Source: Aquificaceae bacterium
GTDB taxonomy: Bacteria; Aquificota; Aquificia; Aquificales; Aquificaceae
Direction of reading: 5' to 3'
DNA length: 64,000 nucleotides
Assembly: GCA_037925075.1 (NCBI GenBank)
Contig: JAXSNR010000002.1
Location: 1-64,000 of the forward strand
Shown here: positions 9,040 to 17,450 of the stretch, in pieces
How the letters are laid out: each line of letters starts with the position of its first letter
How positions within the stretch are numbered: the first letter of the stretch is position 1
Notes under the pieces: model-generated
The model's input: the letters and a program-made list of their open reading frames with translations, nothing else
What the model was told of the DNA's origin: nothing
The model's database searches: none
Program-made: the position numbers and the translations under genes

Positions 9040-9795
9040 ATGGCTTATAGAAGTTACATTGAATGGACAGAGGCAACATGGAACCCCTCTACAGGTTGCA
9101 CAAAAGTATCTCCCGCTTGTAGAAATTGTTATGCAGAGAGGCTATCTCTAAGGCTACAAGAGATGGGCATAGCAAAATACAAAAATGGCTTTAAACTAAC
9201 AATCCATGAAGAGGAACTTGAAAAGCCTCTTAAGTGGAAACAGCCAAAGATAATCTTTGTGAATTCTATGTCAGACCTATTTCACGAAGACTTGCCTGAG
9301 AAGTTCATTGAAAGAGTATTCTCCGTTATGAACAAAGCCCATTGGCATGTTTTTCAGGTTTTAACCAAGAGAACAAAAAGACTTGTAAGGCTTGCAGATA
9401 AGCTATCATGGACACCTAACATATGGATAGGGGCAACAGTGGAAACACCAAGTTATTTTTTCAGGATTGAAGACCTAATGCACATAAAACATGCAAGTGT
9501 AAGGTTTTTATCCCTTGAACCTCTTTTGTCAAAAATGACAGGGATTGAAAATTATCTTAAAACAGGACTTATTAACTGGGTCATAGTTGGCGGAGAAAGC
9601 GGGCCAGGAGCAAGACCCATGAAAAAGGAGTGGGTTATTGAGATAAAAGAACTATGTAAGCAATTTAATATTCCCTTCTTTTTCAAACAGTGGGGAGGGG
9701 TTCAAAAGAAAAAGACAGGAAAAACGCTTGATGGAGTAGAATACACTGAAATGCCTTCGGTTTTAGAGTCAAAGTTATCGCATTTGCATGTGTAA
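9040..9795 (+). CDS. DUF5131 / Gp37-Gp68 family three-Cys (radical-SAM-like) protein
   Basis: IEWTEATWNP.TGCTKVSPACRNCYA (CX6CX2C), NSMSDLFH, WVIVGGESG, FFFKQWGG. Confidence 0.9.
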   Translation: MAYRSYIEWTEATWNPSTGCTKVSPACRNCYAERLSLRLQEMGIAKYKNGFKLTIHEEELEKPLKWKQPKIIFVNSMSDLFHEDLPEKFIERVFSVMNKAHWHVFQVLTKRTKRLVRLADKLSWTPNIWIGATVETPSYFFRIEDLMHIKHASVRFLSLEPLLSKMTGIENYLKTGLINWVIVGGESGPGARPMKKEWVIEIKELCKQFNIPFFFKQWGGVQKKKTGKTLDGVEYTEMPSVLESKLSHLHV

Positions 9796-11124
9796 TTAAC
9801 TCAAAAACTTAACTTTTATATTGTAAAGGTCTTTTATACCTCTAATAGATGAAGACTTCAAAGAGCCTTTCTTAGAAATATACTCATTATCAGTCTCCGT
9901 ATAATCTATCAAGTTTTCCTCTTGCATTTTATTTAAACACTTTATTATATTCTTTATAGAAAGAACTTCTTCTTCCACGTAGGATTCTACAAAACTTTTA
10001 AAGGATAAAATATTACTCCATACGTGCCTTACTATCTCATACAATGTGAACTGATTGGGTGCTTGTTTTATATCTAAATGCTTACTTCCAAATTGTTTTA
10101 CCTGTAGACATAATTTGATAAAAATTGGCTTTTGCATATTCGTAGGTTTAGAACTTAGCATAGAAGTGACAGCTTCAGCATACTTCTTAACAAAGGCTTC
10201 TGCAACTGAAACTGCTCCTGTCACCAATATTAAGCCGAAATACTCTTGCTTTATTGTTTTATCCTTAACCTGTATAGGAATTGTTGCCGTAAGAAAAAAC
10301 GAGTTAGATCTTTTAAGAGATAGGAAAAGTTCTGACATTCGGTTGCTAACTCTTTCTATCATATGTCTAGTTTCAAGTTTAGAGAACTCTTCAAATTCCT
10401 TATCGCTTAGACCCAAAAATGCTTTTATTCTCTCTTTATCAGAACCCATTTGTCTAGATTTCATTCTCCTTATATGTCCGAAATTAATGAACATTAAAAT
10501 ATCATACTTCCCAACCACGCCTTCTAGTAAATCATATATATCATTAAATGACGCTTCTAAATTAAATGGGTCTATAAAAATTAATCCAAATTCTGATCTC
10601 CCAATCAGATCTTTGATGATGTCTTTCTCTTTTCCCCATTCACGGTATATATTGAACTTTATGCCTTTACGCACGCTTTCCTCGGTTTTATTGTGAAAAT
10701 CACTTAGAAACTTTTTGAGATTTTCTCTATAGCTTTCCTCTTTTTCACATAAAATAAGGTTTAAAGACTCAAAATAAACTCCTCCCGCCTTACCTCCTTT
10801 TGTCTCCAAGAATTCTTTAAATATTTTATAGGCATATAATGGAGTTCCATATCTATCTTCATCATTTAAAATTTCATCAGGATTAAACTCAAGCTCTTCT
10901 TCTAAAGCAAATATTCCTTGACCTGCATACAAATCAACGTAAGAATAAATCATATCCTTGATAGAATAATTCGTAGAGTTGCGTTTTTTGTTGCGATTTT
11001 TTACGATAATATTTGCCGTACCAAGAGAAACTTCAAGAACTTCTCTTAGTATTTCATGTTTAATTAGGGTTGATATCTTTTTCTTTTCCCGATTGAAAAA
11101 GTCCTTCCCGTCACTCTTAATCAT
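9796..11124 (-). CDS. tcmP: Three-Cys-motif partner protein (TcmP-like, methyltransferase fold)
   Basis: TLIKHEIL, YVDLYAGQG, LCEK, IFIDPF, YDILMF motifs; adjacent to DUF5131. Confidence 0.78.
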   Translation of the reverse strand: MIKSDGKDFFNREKKKISTLIKHEILREVLEVSLGTANIIVKNRNKKRNSTNYSIKDMIYSYVDLYAGQGIFALEEELEFNPDEILNDEDRYGTPLYAYKIFKEFLETKGGKAGGVYFESLNLILCEKEESYRENLKKFLSDFHNKTEESVRKGIKFNIYREWGKEKDIIKDLIGRSEFGLIFIDPFNLEASFNDIYDLLEGVVGKYDILMFINFGHIRRMKSRQMGSDKERIKAFLGLSDKEFEEFSKLETRHMIERVSNRMSELFLSLKRSNSFFLTATIPIQVKDKTIKQEYFGLILVTGAVSVAEAFVKKYAEAVTSMLSSKPTNMQKPIFIKLCLQVKQFGSKHLDIKQAPNQFTLYEIVRHVWSNILSFKSFVESYVEEEVLSIKNIIKCLNKMQEENLIDYTETDNEYISKKGSLKSSSIRGIKDLYNIKVKFLS

Positions 11125-11151
11125 AATCCGCTACCTCCTCAGGTATATTAA

Positions 11152-12795
11152 TCATTTTTTGCTAGCATTCCTTAGTCCCTCGTCTTTAATTATAGTTAAT
11201 AGCCTTTTACACCATGATAGCATAGCCTTGCTTGAAAATCTTGCGGGATGTCTCTTCAAATAGAAGGATAGCTTATGCCTGTTGAAGTAAGATTCTATAT
11301 CATCAATACTCACTCCACTTATATACTTCAATAGTAAGCGAATAGCTAAAATTCTATAGTTTTTTATGTTTCCCACAAGTATAAGTGTTGATGGACCTAT
11401 TTTTAGACCCTTTCTATCTATTTCAACTAATAATACATTCTTTCCATAGTATGAAAAATATGCATATATAAAACGCCTTCTAGACTTACAATCCACCTTA
11501 TAATCATAATGAGTAAGTTTAGAACATGGGCTCTTTTTTCTTTTACCTAAGGGAACTAATTCTGGTTCGCTTATATATATGTTTATGTTAAAGTTTTTTT
11601 GTAAAAAGTCCATGAGTCTTACAAAATCATTCATATCAAAATCCTTTTTACTTTTATCATCTCTTATTTTTGTTTCGGTTCTATATGCTTGTATATCTAT
11701 TGCATCTGATCTTAAGGACTTTTCCTGATTTATAGTAGCAATCATAGGCGTATCTTCACTTTTAAAAAACACATGCCTAAACTTACTATCTTTAACCTCT
11801 ATATACTCTATATCTAAGTCTATATGTGGATTTTCCCTTTGTTGTATCTCAATTCTTATGCCTGCAGATTTATATAGCTTGCCTGCAGGCATTTCTGGTA
11901 TATAGGTTTCTACAGACTCATCTACTATTGCTTGAGGAATAGCTATTGTTTTTTCCTCTTTAATTTCTCTTCCTTTAGTATGTCTTTTTCTTATTACTTT
12001 TACCTTTAAACTTTCAAGGGGATTAGGGCTAAAATTCTCTATTTCGTGTACATATAGATAATCACCTAATTTTTCATATCTTAAGGTGAAGTTAACAATA
12101 CCGTTTAAAGGTAATGTTGTGGTTATGTTTATATTTCCAAAAAGACCAAAGCCTTTAAACTTCTGAAGAGAATACTTTGCAAACTCACTTTTATAGAAAA
12201 ATGCGAGCAGAAGAGCATCCATATTAGCGTAACCAGGCTTTAGTTTTATCTCAATATAGTCCTCAGTTTCTCTTATGCTTTCGTAAGCAGATTCTATACT
12301 TCCTGAAATTATGTGTCCAACTATTCTTGATGATGTAAAAAAGAAAGTGCTTGCTATCAAGCTACATGGGAAGAGAAAATTTCCAATTTTTATTACATTT
12401 TGCTTAAGTATTTCTATATCAAAAGATTTTCTACCAGTTTTAGATATAAAGCTATAATCTACCAAGCTGGCATCTATAAGTTTCCCTAATTCAAGTCTTT
12501 CTTGCTCCTTTGGTTCTGGCACATAGAGTTCTATACTCTTTGTATTTCCATGCTTCTCCTTTACTTGAAGAACGCCTTTTTCTCCTATGTGATATTCTGT
12601 CCATGAAGGGTATAAAACATAGCCTAGTTCTGGGGGTATTTTCTCAACTACCAATAGTTTCTTATTTCCAACATCAACTTCAAACAAGGTTCTATAGTAA
12701 TATCCTCCACCCCCAGGTAATTTAACAAGGCTCATATAGTAAAGCAATCTTGCCTCCCTACTCTCGTATCTTCCAAGGCTTTTAAAAGGTATCAT
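11152..12795 (-). CDS. tnsE: TnsE-like target selector
   Basis: 547 aa. FPCSLIASTFFFTSS segment and C-terminal pattern DFVRLM...RRFIY...LLVEID...STLIL...KRHP resemble TnsE/TnsE_C. Sits at the distal end reading inward; SD AAGGAGG. Confidence 0.7.
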   Translation of the reverse strand: MIPFKSLGRYESREARLLYYMSLVKLPGGGGYYYRTLFEVDVGNKKLLVVEKIPPELGYVLYPSWTEYHIGEKGVLQVKEKHGNTKSIELYVPEPKEQERLELGKLIDASLVDYSFISKTGRKSFDIEILKQNVIKIGNFLFPCSLIASTFFFTSSRIVGHIISGSIESAYESIRETEDYIEIKLKPGYANMDALLLAFFYKSEFAKYSLQKFKGFGLFGNINITTTLPLNGIVNFTLRYEKLGDYLYVHEIENFSPNPLESLKVKVIRKRHTKGREIKEEKTIAIPQAIVDESVETYIPEMPAGKLYKSAGIRIEIQQRENPHIDLDIEYIEVKDSKFRHVFFKSEDTPMIATINQEKSLRSDAIDIQAYRTETKIRDDKSKKDFDMNDFVRLMDFLQKNFNINIYISEPELVPLGKRKKSPCSKLTHYDYKVDCKSRRRFIYAYFSYYGKNVLLVEIDRKGLKIGPSTLILVGNIKNYRILAIRLLLKYISGVSIDDIESYFNRHKLSFYLKRHPARFSSKAMLSWCKRLLTIIKDEGLRNASKK

Positions 12796-12855
12796 TTAAG
12801 CCTCCTTCCCAGTATGTTTCGGAATATCCCTCTAAGTCCCGCTTTAAGTAGTGGT

Positions 12856-12920
12856 TTGCATTTTTTAATGTTATATTTGCAATTTTTGATGTTAGTTTGC
12901 AATTTATGATGTTTGCTACA
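12856..12920 (-). repeat. Distal transposon end with three closely spaced TnsB-binding-like sites
   Basis: Minus strand reads TGTAGC-AAACATCATAAATTGCAA-AC-TAACATCAAAAATTGCAA-ATA-TAACATTAAAAAATGCAA. Confidence 0.9.
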
Positions 12921-12925
12921 CCACC
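12921..12925. repeat. 5-bp target site duplication CCACC, second copy
   Basis: Matches 660-664. Confidence 0.95.
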
Positions 12926-13405
12926 CAACTCTATGCACTCCCTATGACTGTGATAATCACAGCCAAAGGCACCACCAGAGCATACTCCGTACCCTTTCTC
13001 TACCACCACCTTTACCAATCTGCTTATGAACCACAGACTTTGCATATCTGGCCTTCTTGTGCCGACCACTCCAATCAGAGAGGTGTTTTTCAAATGTCCC
13101 GTATGAAAAAGCACCGGTGGTGGGTCCTCTATTTCCTTTAAAAGGGCAGGGTACTCGTGGTCCTCAAGGGTCATCCAGTTAAGGCCTTCCCTCTCCACCA
13201 CCTTAACAACTCTTTCTGGCTCAAAGCTAAGATCCCTCTTGAAAAAGGCATTTGTTTTCTCCTCACCTAAGATTTCCCTTAGCTCCTCACGGTTTGCGGA
13301 GAGTATGGAGCTTGCACTTCCAAACCTAAGCCAGAGCCTTCTTATGGAAACCTCACCAAGACCCCTTATAGCCTTTAACAAAAGCCAGTTATAAAGCCTT
13401 TCCAT
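12921..13405 (-). pseudogene. dprA: dprA 5' fragment; ORF reads on into the transposon end and stops at 12782
   Basis: SAM-like N-terminus, YPALLKEIEDPPPVLF, GVVGTR, SGGAFGCD; DprA similarity ends at ELGG. Confidence 0.93.
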
Positions 13406-14156
13406 CTTCTACCCAGTTTCCTATGAGACCACCAAAGCTATCAAAAAAGGCAGAAACAAGAGCCTTGTCCTCTTCAAGTTCTATACAAAGCCTTCCTTCA
13501 CATACACCCACCCTTACACCCCTTTTGAGAGCCTCTGGCATAAGGCTAAAGAGCTTTTGATTTATGACGGAAGAGACACCCCACACCTCAGAAAAGGATA
13601 CCCGTTGGGTAGTGAGCAAAAGGTCGTGCCCTTCATCCACAAGCTCGGCTCCAAGGCTCAAAAGCCTGCCCTCTATAAGCTCCTTAAGACCGCACTCGGA
13701 TAGGACTTTGACCCTTACTCCTTCTAAAGTCCTTGACCACTGAGACTTTCCACCAGTCTTTTCCAAAAGCCTTATCTCTTCTATTTGCATACTATCATCC
13801 ATGCCCTTGCACATATCATAGACAGTAAGCAAGGCCACGCTTACCGCGGTAAGAGCTTCCATCTCATAGCCAGTTCTGTTGATACCTTTTACAAAAGAAT
13901 AAACCTCCAAGTAGCTATCTCCAAGCCTTGCGTCCACTTCTACATGTTCAAGACTTACAGGATGACAAAAGGGCAAAAGCTCGGGAGTTTTCTTTGCCCC
14001 CATAATGCCTGCAAGCCTGCAGGCAGAAAGCACATCCCCCTTTGGAACTTTGCCTTCTTTTATAGCCTCTATCGTTTTAGTTTTAAGCCTGATCTTGCCG
14101 TAGGCACTGGCAGTCCTTAGAGTCTGTGGCTTTTTGCTAACATCGACGGTCTTCAT
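13389..14156 (-). CDS. moaC: Cyclic pyranopterin monophosphate synthase MoaC with C-terminal extension
   Basis: VDVSKK, KGDVL, LLPFCHP, TGYEMEAL, YDMCK, KTGGKS; start chosen at MKTVDV. Confidence 0.88.
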   Translation of the reverse strand: MKTVDVSKKPQTLRTASAYGKIRLKTKTIEAIKEGKVPKGDVLSACRLAGIMGAKKTPELLPFCHPVSLEHVEVDARLGDSYLEVYSFVKGINRTGYEMEALTAVSVALLTVYDMCKGMDDSMQIEEIRLLEKTGGKSQWSRTLEGVRVKVLSECGLKELIEGRLLSLGAELVDEGHDLLLTTQRVSFSEVWGVSSVINQKLFSLMPEALKRGVRVGVCEGRLCIELEEDKALVSAFFDSFGGLIGNWVEDGKAL

Positions 14157-14627
14157 ATTATTTTTAGTATAAGCCAGTTGGGAAATTCTATCTAAACCAA
14201 ACACCCTTTAATCAGTACAAGCACGAGCATAACAGATAGTCTCCGAAAGTAGACATGAAGCGACTAAAAAAGAGAAGCACCGCTACCTGTAAAGTGTTTT
14301 AGGGTGATACTTATGGTGGTTATCCCTCTAACCTTATAGAGATGTCAAGGGTGCCCCAGCCCGCTCAATGTCTGATGGGTTTTATCCTTTCCAAGTTTTG
14401 ATAAACCGTATTCTATTTATTCAAAGTACCTTTCCACAAGACTGGCAAAAGATTGCGTTTTTTATGGCTTTCTCTGGGCCAAGGGCGTTCACCTTTTACT
14501 TAGAGGTCTTTGCAGGCTCGCCAAAGTCCCATCTTGTTTGTGGGTGCTGTGTCATAGCTTCCAAAAAGCCATAGACAACCTTATCCTGTGTCCAAAAAGG
14601 ATTTATAATCTTCCTAAGGAGGAGCTA

Positions 14628-14957
14628 ATGTTTGAAGGTTTTGAAGAGCTTACAGATAGAGATTTTTACGAAAAGGCGATGGCTGGAGAAAAGCCGGCGG
14701 TGGTGCTTTTTACCATGCCAGACCATCCACAAAATCAGATATTCTACGAGAGGCTAGCAAAGTTTCAGCGGATATACGGAGACAAGATAAACTTTTACTG
14801 GATAGATGTGAGCAAGCATACAAGCGCGGAGGACTTTGGAATTTTTAGCTTCCCCACCGTTCTGTACTTCAGGGACACTATGGAACTGGAGAGGCACGAC
14901 TACACTCCGGAAGAAGAAGAGGTGGAAAGGGCTATAAGGAGGCTCTTGAGACTATGA
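14628..14957 (+). CDS. Thioredoxin-fold protein lacking CxxC
   Basis: FYEKAMAGEKPAVVLF...FGIFSFPTVLYF pattern; SD AAGGAGG before ATG 14628. Confidence 0.7.
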   Translation: MFEGFEELTDRDFYEKAMAGEKPAVVLFTMPDHPQNQIFYERLAKFQRIYGDKINFYWIDVSKHTSAEDFGIFSFPTVLYFRDTMELERHDYTPEEEEVERAIRRLLRL

Positions 14958-15457
14958 AACTACTCTGGGCTCCTTGGAGAAGCCAATATGTGGAGAAGGT
15001 AGACGAGCAAGAGGGTTGCTTTTTGTGTCAAGCGGTTTCCCAGCCAGAGGAAAAACTTAGAGATTATTTAGTTTTGCATCGTGGCAAGAGAGCCTTTGTT
15101 ATATTCAACAAGTTCCCATACAACCCCGGGCATCTGATGGTGGCACCCATAGAGCATGTGGGAGACTATACGCTCATTGATGAAGACACCGCCCTTGAAA
15201 TACACAAACTGGCAAGGGTTTGCATACGGCTTATAAGAGAAGTCATGAAGTCCCACGGTATAAACTTAGGCTACAATCTTGGCAGGGCTGCTGGAGCCGG
15301 GCTTGAAAGCCACATACATCTTCATCTTGTGCCAAGATGGTTTGGGGACACTAACTTTATGCAGACCCTTGCGGATACCAAGGTTATATCCCAAGACCTG
15401 TATGAGCTTTATGACAGAATGAAGCCAGTGTTCAAAAGGCTACTCAATGCTTATTGA
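14954..15457 (+). CDS. HIT family hydrolase (Ap4A phosphorylase-like)
   Basis: LWAPWR, CFLC, NKFPYNPGHLMV, HIHLHLVPRW. Confidence 0.88.
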   Translation: MKLLWAPWRSQYVEKVDEQEGCFLCQAVSQPEEKLRDYLVLHRGKRAFVIFNKFPYNPGHLMVAPIEHVGDYTLIDEDTALEIHKLARVCIRLIREVMKSHGINLGYNLGRAAGAGLESHIHLHLVPRWFGDTNFMQTLADTKVISQDLYELYDRMKPVFKRLLNAY

Positions 15458-16193
15458 AGTAAGAGGCTTAAACCTTTACTATGGCAATAAACAGGTTCTT
15501 AAGGACATAAACTTTGACCTTGCGGAGGGTGAAGTTTTATGCATAGTGGGTGAATCTGGTTCTGGAAAAACTTCCATACTATACTCCATAATTGGGCTTC
15601 TACCTGAGAGGGCCAGACTCGAAGGCTCTATAAAGTTCAAAGGGCAGGAACTTGTTGGCATGCCAGAGGAGAAATACAGAAAGATAAGAGGAAGGCACAT
15701 CTCCATAGTCTTTCAGGAGCCCTCTGTTTATCTTGACCCACTTTTTAAGGTGGGGGTCCAAGTGGAAGAGGCTTACATAGCCCATTTTGGAAAGGTGGGT
15801 GCAAGGGAAAAAGCCCTACAAGCTCTGAAAAAGGCGGGTATAGTGGAGGTGGAGAGGGTCTACAGTAGCTACCCGCATCACCTCTCTGGTGGGCTAAAAC
15901 AAAGGGTTTGCATAGCCATAGCCACCGTATGCGACCCAGAACTGGTGCTTGCGGACGAGCCAACCACAGCCTTAGATGTCTCGGTGCAAAGCAGGATACT
16001 CAAGCTATTCAGAGATATGAAGGAGGAGGGCAGGAGCGTTATATTGGTGACCCACGATTTTGGTGTTGTGGCAGAGGTGGCAGACAGGGTTATAGTTTTG
16101 AAGGGTGGTACGATAGTAGAAGAGGGGGATGTGTGGAGCGTCTTTGATAGCCCAAAACACCCCTACACTCAAGAACTGTTAAGGGCTATTTAG
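15447..16193 (+). CDS. Dipeptide/oligopeptide ABC transporter ATP-binding protein
   Basis: GESGSGKT, YPHHLSGG, ADEPTTALD, HPYT. Confidence 0.88.
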   Translation: MLIEVRGLNLYYGNKQVLKDINFDLAEGEVLCIVGESGSGKTSILYSIIGLLPERARLEGSIKFKGQELVGMPEEKYRKIRGRHISIVFQEPSVYLDPLFKVGVQVEEAYIAHFGKVGAREKALQALKKAGIVEVERVYSSYPHHLSGGLKQRVCIAIATVCDPELVLADEPTTALDVSVQSRILKLFRDMKEEGRSVILVTHDFGVVAEVADRVIVLKGGTIVEEGDVWSVFDSPKHPYTQELLRAI

Positions 16194-16446
16194 AAGAAAG
16201 GAACTTTTCAAGACCTTGCAGTATTTTTTCTGGAGAGACTTCGTAGGCGTTTTTCTGTAGCTGGGACCTTATGCTTTCCACCTTTTTGCTAAGGGCTTCG
16301 TAATTTACAACCTCACCCTTTTGGAGCCTCTGAGAAAGCTCCACGCTGACGCCTTGATCTTCTTTCTCCTTAACTTCCCTTTTTCTTCTCTCCTCAAGCT
16401 CCGCTACATAACCAATTATTCTTTGAAGCTCTACCCTGTCAATCAT
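16186..16446 (-). CDS. flgM: Anti-sigma28 factor FlgM
   Basis: VSVELS...KKVESIRSQLQKNAYEVSPEKI resembles the FlgM C-terminus and Aquifex FlgM. Confidence 0.75.
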   Translation of the reverse strand: MIDRVELQRIIGYVAELEERRKREVKEKEDQGVSVELSQRLQKGEVVNYEALSKKVESIRSQLQKNAYEVSPEKILQGLEKFLSSK

Positions 16447-16460
16447 AAGTATATTATCGG

Positions 16461-17225
16461 CTATGCTCGTAATTTTTTCAACATAACCTCCTCTCCAACC
16501 CTAACCTCAAGCCTTTCCCTAAGGTTATCCATAGGCAGGAATATCTCCACAAAGCCAAAGCTACCACACACAAGGGCAGGCTTTCCCCTCTCCGCCTGTA
16601 AAAAGTAGGAGACCACCCTTAACTTTTCTCCCCTGAAGTAGCCCTCCGTGTATTTGCCACAGGGCACATTGGTTATGCCGTTGCCAAAGTGGTCAAAATA
16701 GACTACTTTACCTATGATCATGTCCCCTCTATCTTCTGGGTCTTCCCAAGGGAGTTTAAACTTATAGTCTACTGGGCTTCCCACCTCCTCTGGAGCTAAG
16801 CCCTTGCTCAGATGCCCAGCCAAGGGTGCAAACACATCCCTGCCATGAAAGGTCTCATTTATCCTTGGAAGGGTAAACCTCTCAATCTTGTAGGCCTTTG
16901 GAGCTTCCTTTATGCCCCTTAGGGCTAAATCGAAAAGGCCGTTGTGAGGACCTACAAAGATATAACCCCCAGCCACAACCACCAAGGGCTCTCTCTCTGA
17001 ACCCACCCCCGGGTCTACTACACACAAAAAGACCGTCCCTTTTGGAAAGTAAGAAAAATGAGCCTTTAGAAGCAATGCTCCATGAAGCACATTAAAGGGT
17101 TCCACCTGATGGCTTATATCCACTATATGAGCGTCTGGATTTATACTTAAAATCACTCCCTTCATAGCCCCCACAAAGCCATCCTTTAGCCCAAAATCTG
17201 TAAGCATTGCCACAGGAGTCTTCAT
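16461..17225 (-). CDS. SAM hydroxide adenosyltransferase / DUF62 family
   Basis: LTDFG, VVDPGVGS, TFHGRDVFAP, DHFGN. Confidence 0.88.
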   Translation of the reverse strand: MKTPVAMLTDFGLKDGFVGAMKGVILSINPDAHIVDISHQVEPFNVLHGALLLKAHFSYFPKGTVFLCVVDPGVGSEREPLVVVAGGYIFVGPHNGLFDLALRGIKEAPKAYKIERFTLPRINETFHGRDVFAPLAGHLSKGLAPEEVGSPVDYKFKLPWEDPEDRGDMIIGKVVYFDHFGNGITNVPCGKYTEGYFRGEKLRVVSYFLQAERGKPALVCGSFGFVEIFLPMDNLRERLEVRVGEEVMLKKLRA

Positions 17226-17264
17226 AGCCTATATGTTAAAATAAGCGTACAAGGAGGTGCAAAG

Positions 17265-17450
17265 ATGGAAAAGAATATGGCTAACTGGGACAGGGCTGTA
17301 AGGATAGTGCTGGGGCTTGTTTTCCTTTACCTTGCCTTTACAAAGGGTGGTGCATGGTGGATACTGGGTATACTTGGCATAGTGTTCATAGGAACCTCTG
17401 CCATAGGCTTTTGCCCCCTATACAGGGTGGTGGGCATAAAGACAGGTTGA
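17265..17450 (+). CDS. DUF2892 (YgaP-like) membrane protein
   Basis: KNM..WDR..R and GFCPLY...GI.T; strong SD. Confidence 0.85.
   Translation: MEKNMANWDRAVRIVLGLVFLYLAFTKGGAWWILGILGIVFIGTSAIGFCPLYRVVGIKTG

Larger units (their letters stand above)
665..12920. mobile_element. Complete Tn7-like transposon (tnsA-tnsB-tnsC-tniQ/tnsD + tnsE-like + cargo) inserted in dprA
   Basis: Starts TGTAAT, ends GCTACA, 5-bp TSD, repeated 18-bp sites at both ends, full transposition gene set, visibly more AT-rich than the flanks. Confidence 0.95.

Noticed and set aside
10055..10696. 213-aa plus-strand ORF and similar long antisense ORFs (e.g. 26476-27129, 19233-19763, 22616-23053)
   Set aside because: They lie antisense to well-supported genes and have no recognisable motifs; shadow ORFs.
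665..12920. CRISPR-associated transposon (CAST)
   Set aside because: No cas genes and no repeat-spacer array. The only repeats are the terminal 18-bp TnsB-type sites, which have no unique spacers.
14200..14600. Possible IS remnant or ncRNA in the moaC / thioredoxin-like gap
   Set aside because: Only a weak minus-strand THQTLSG resemblance to a transposase C-terminus. No terminal repeats, long ORF or recognisable RNA motif.
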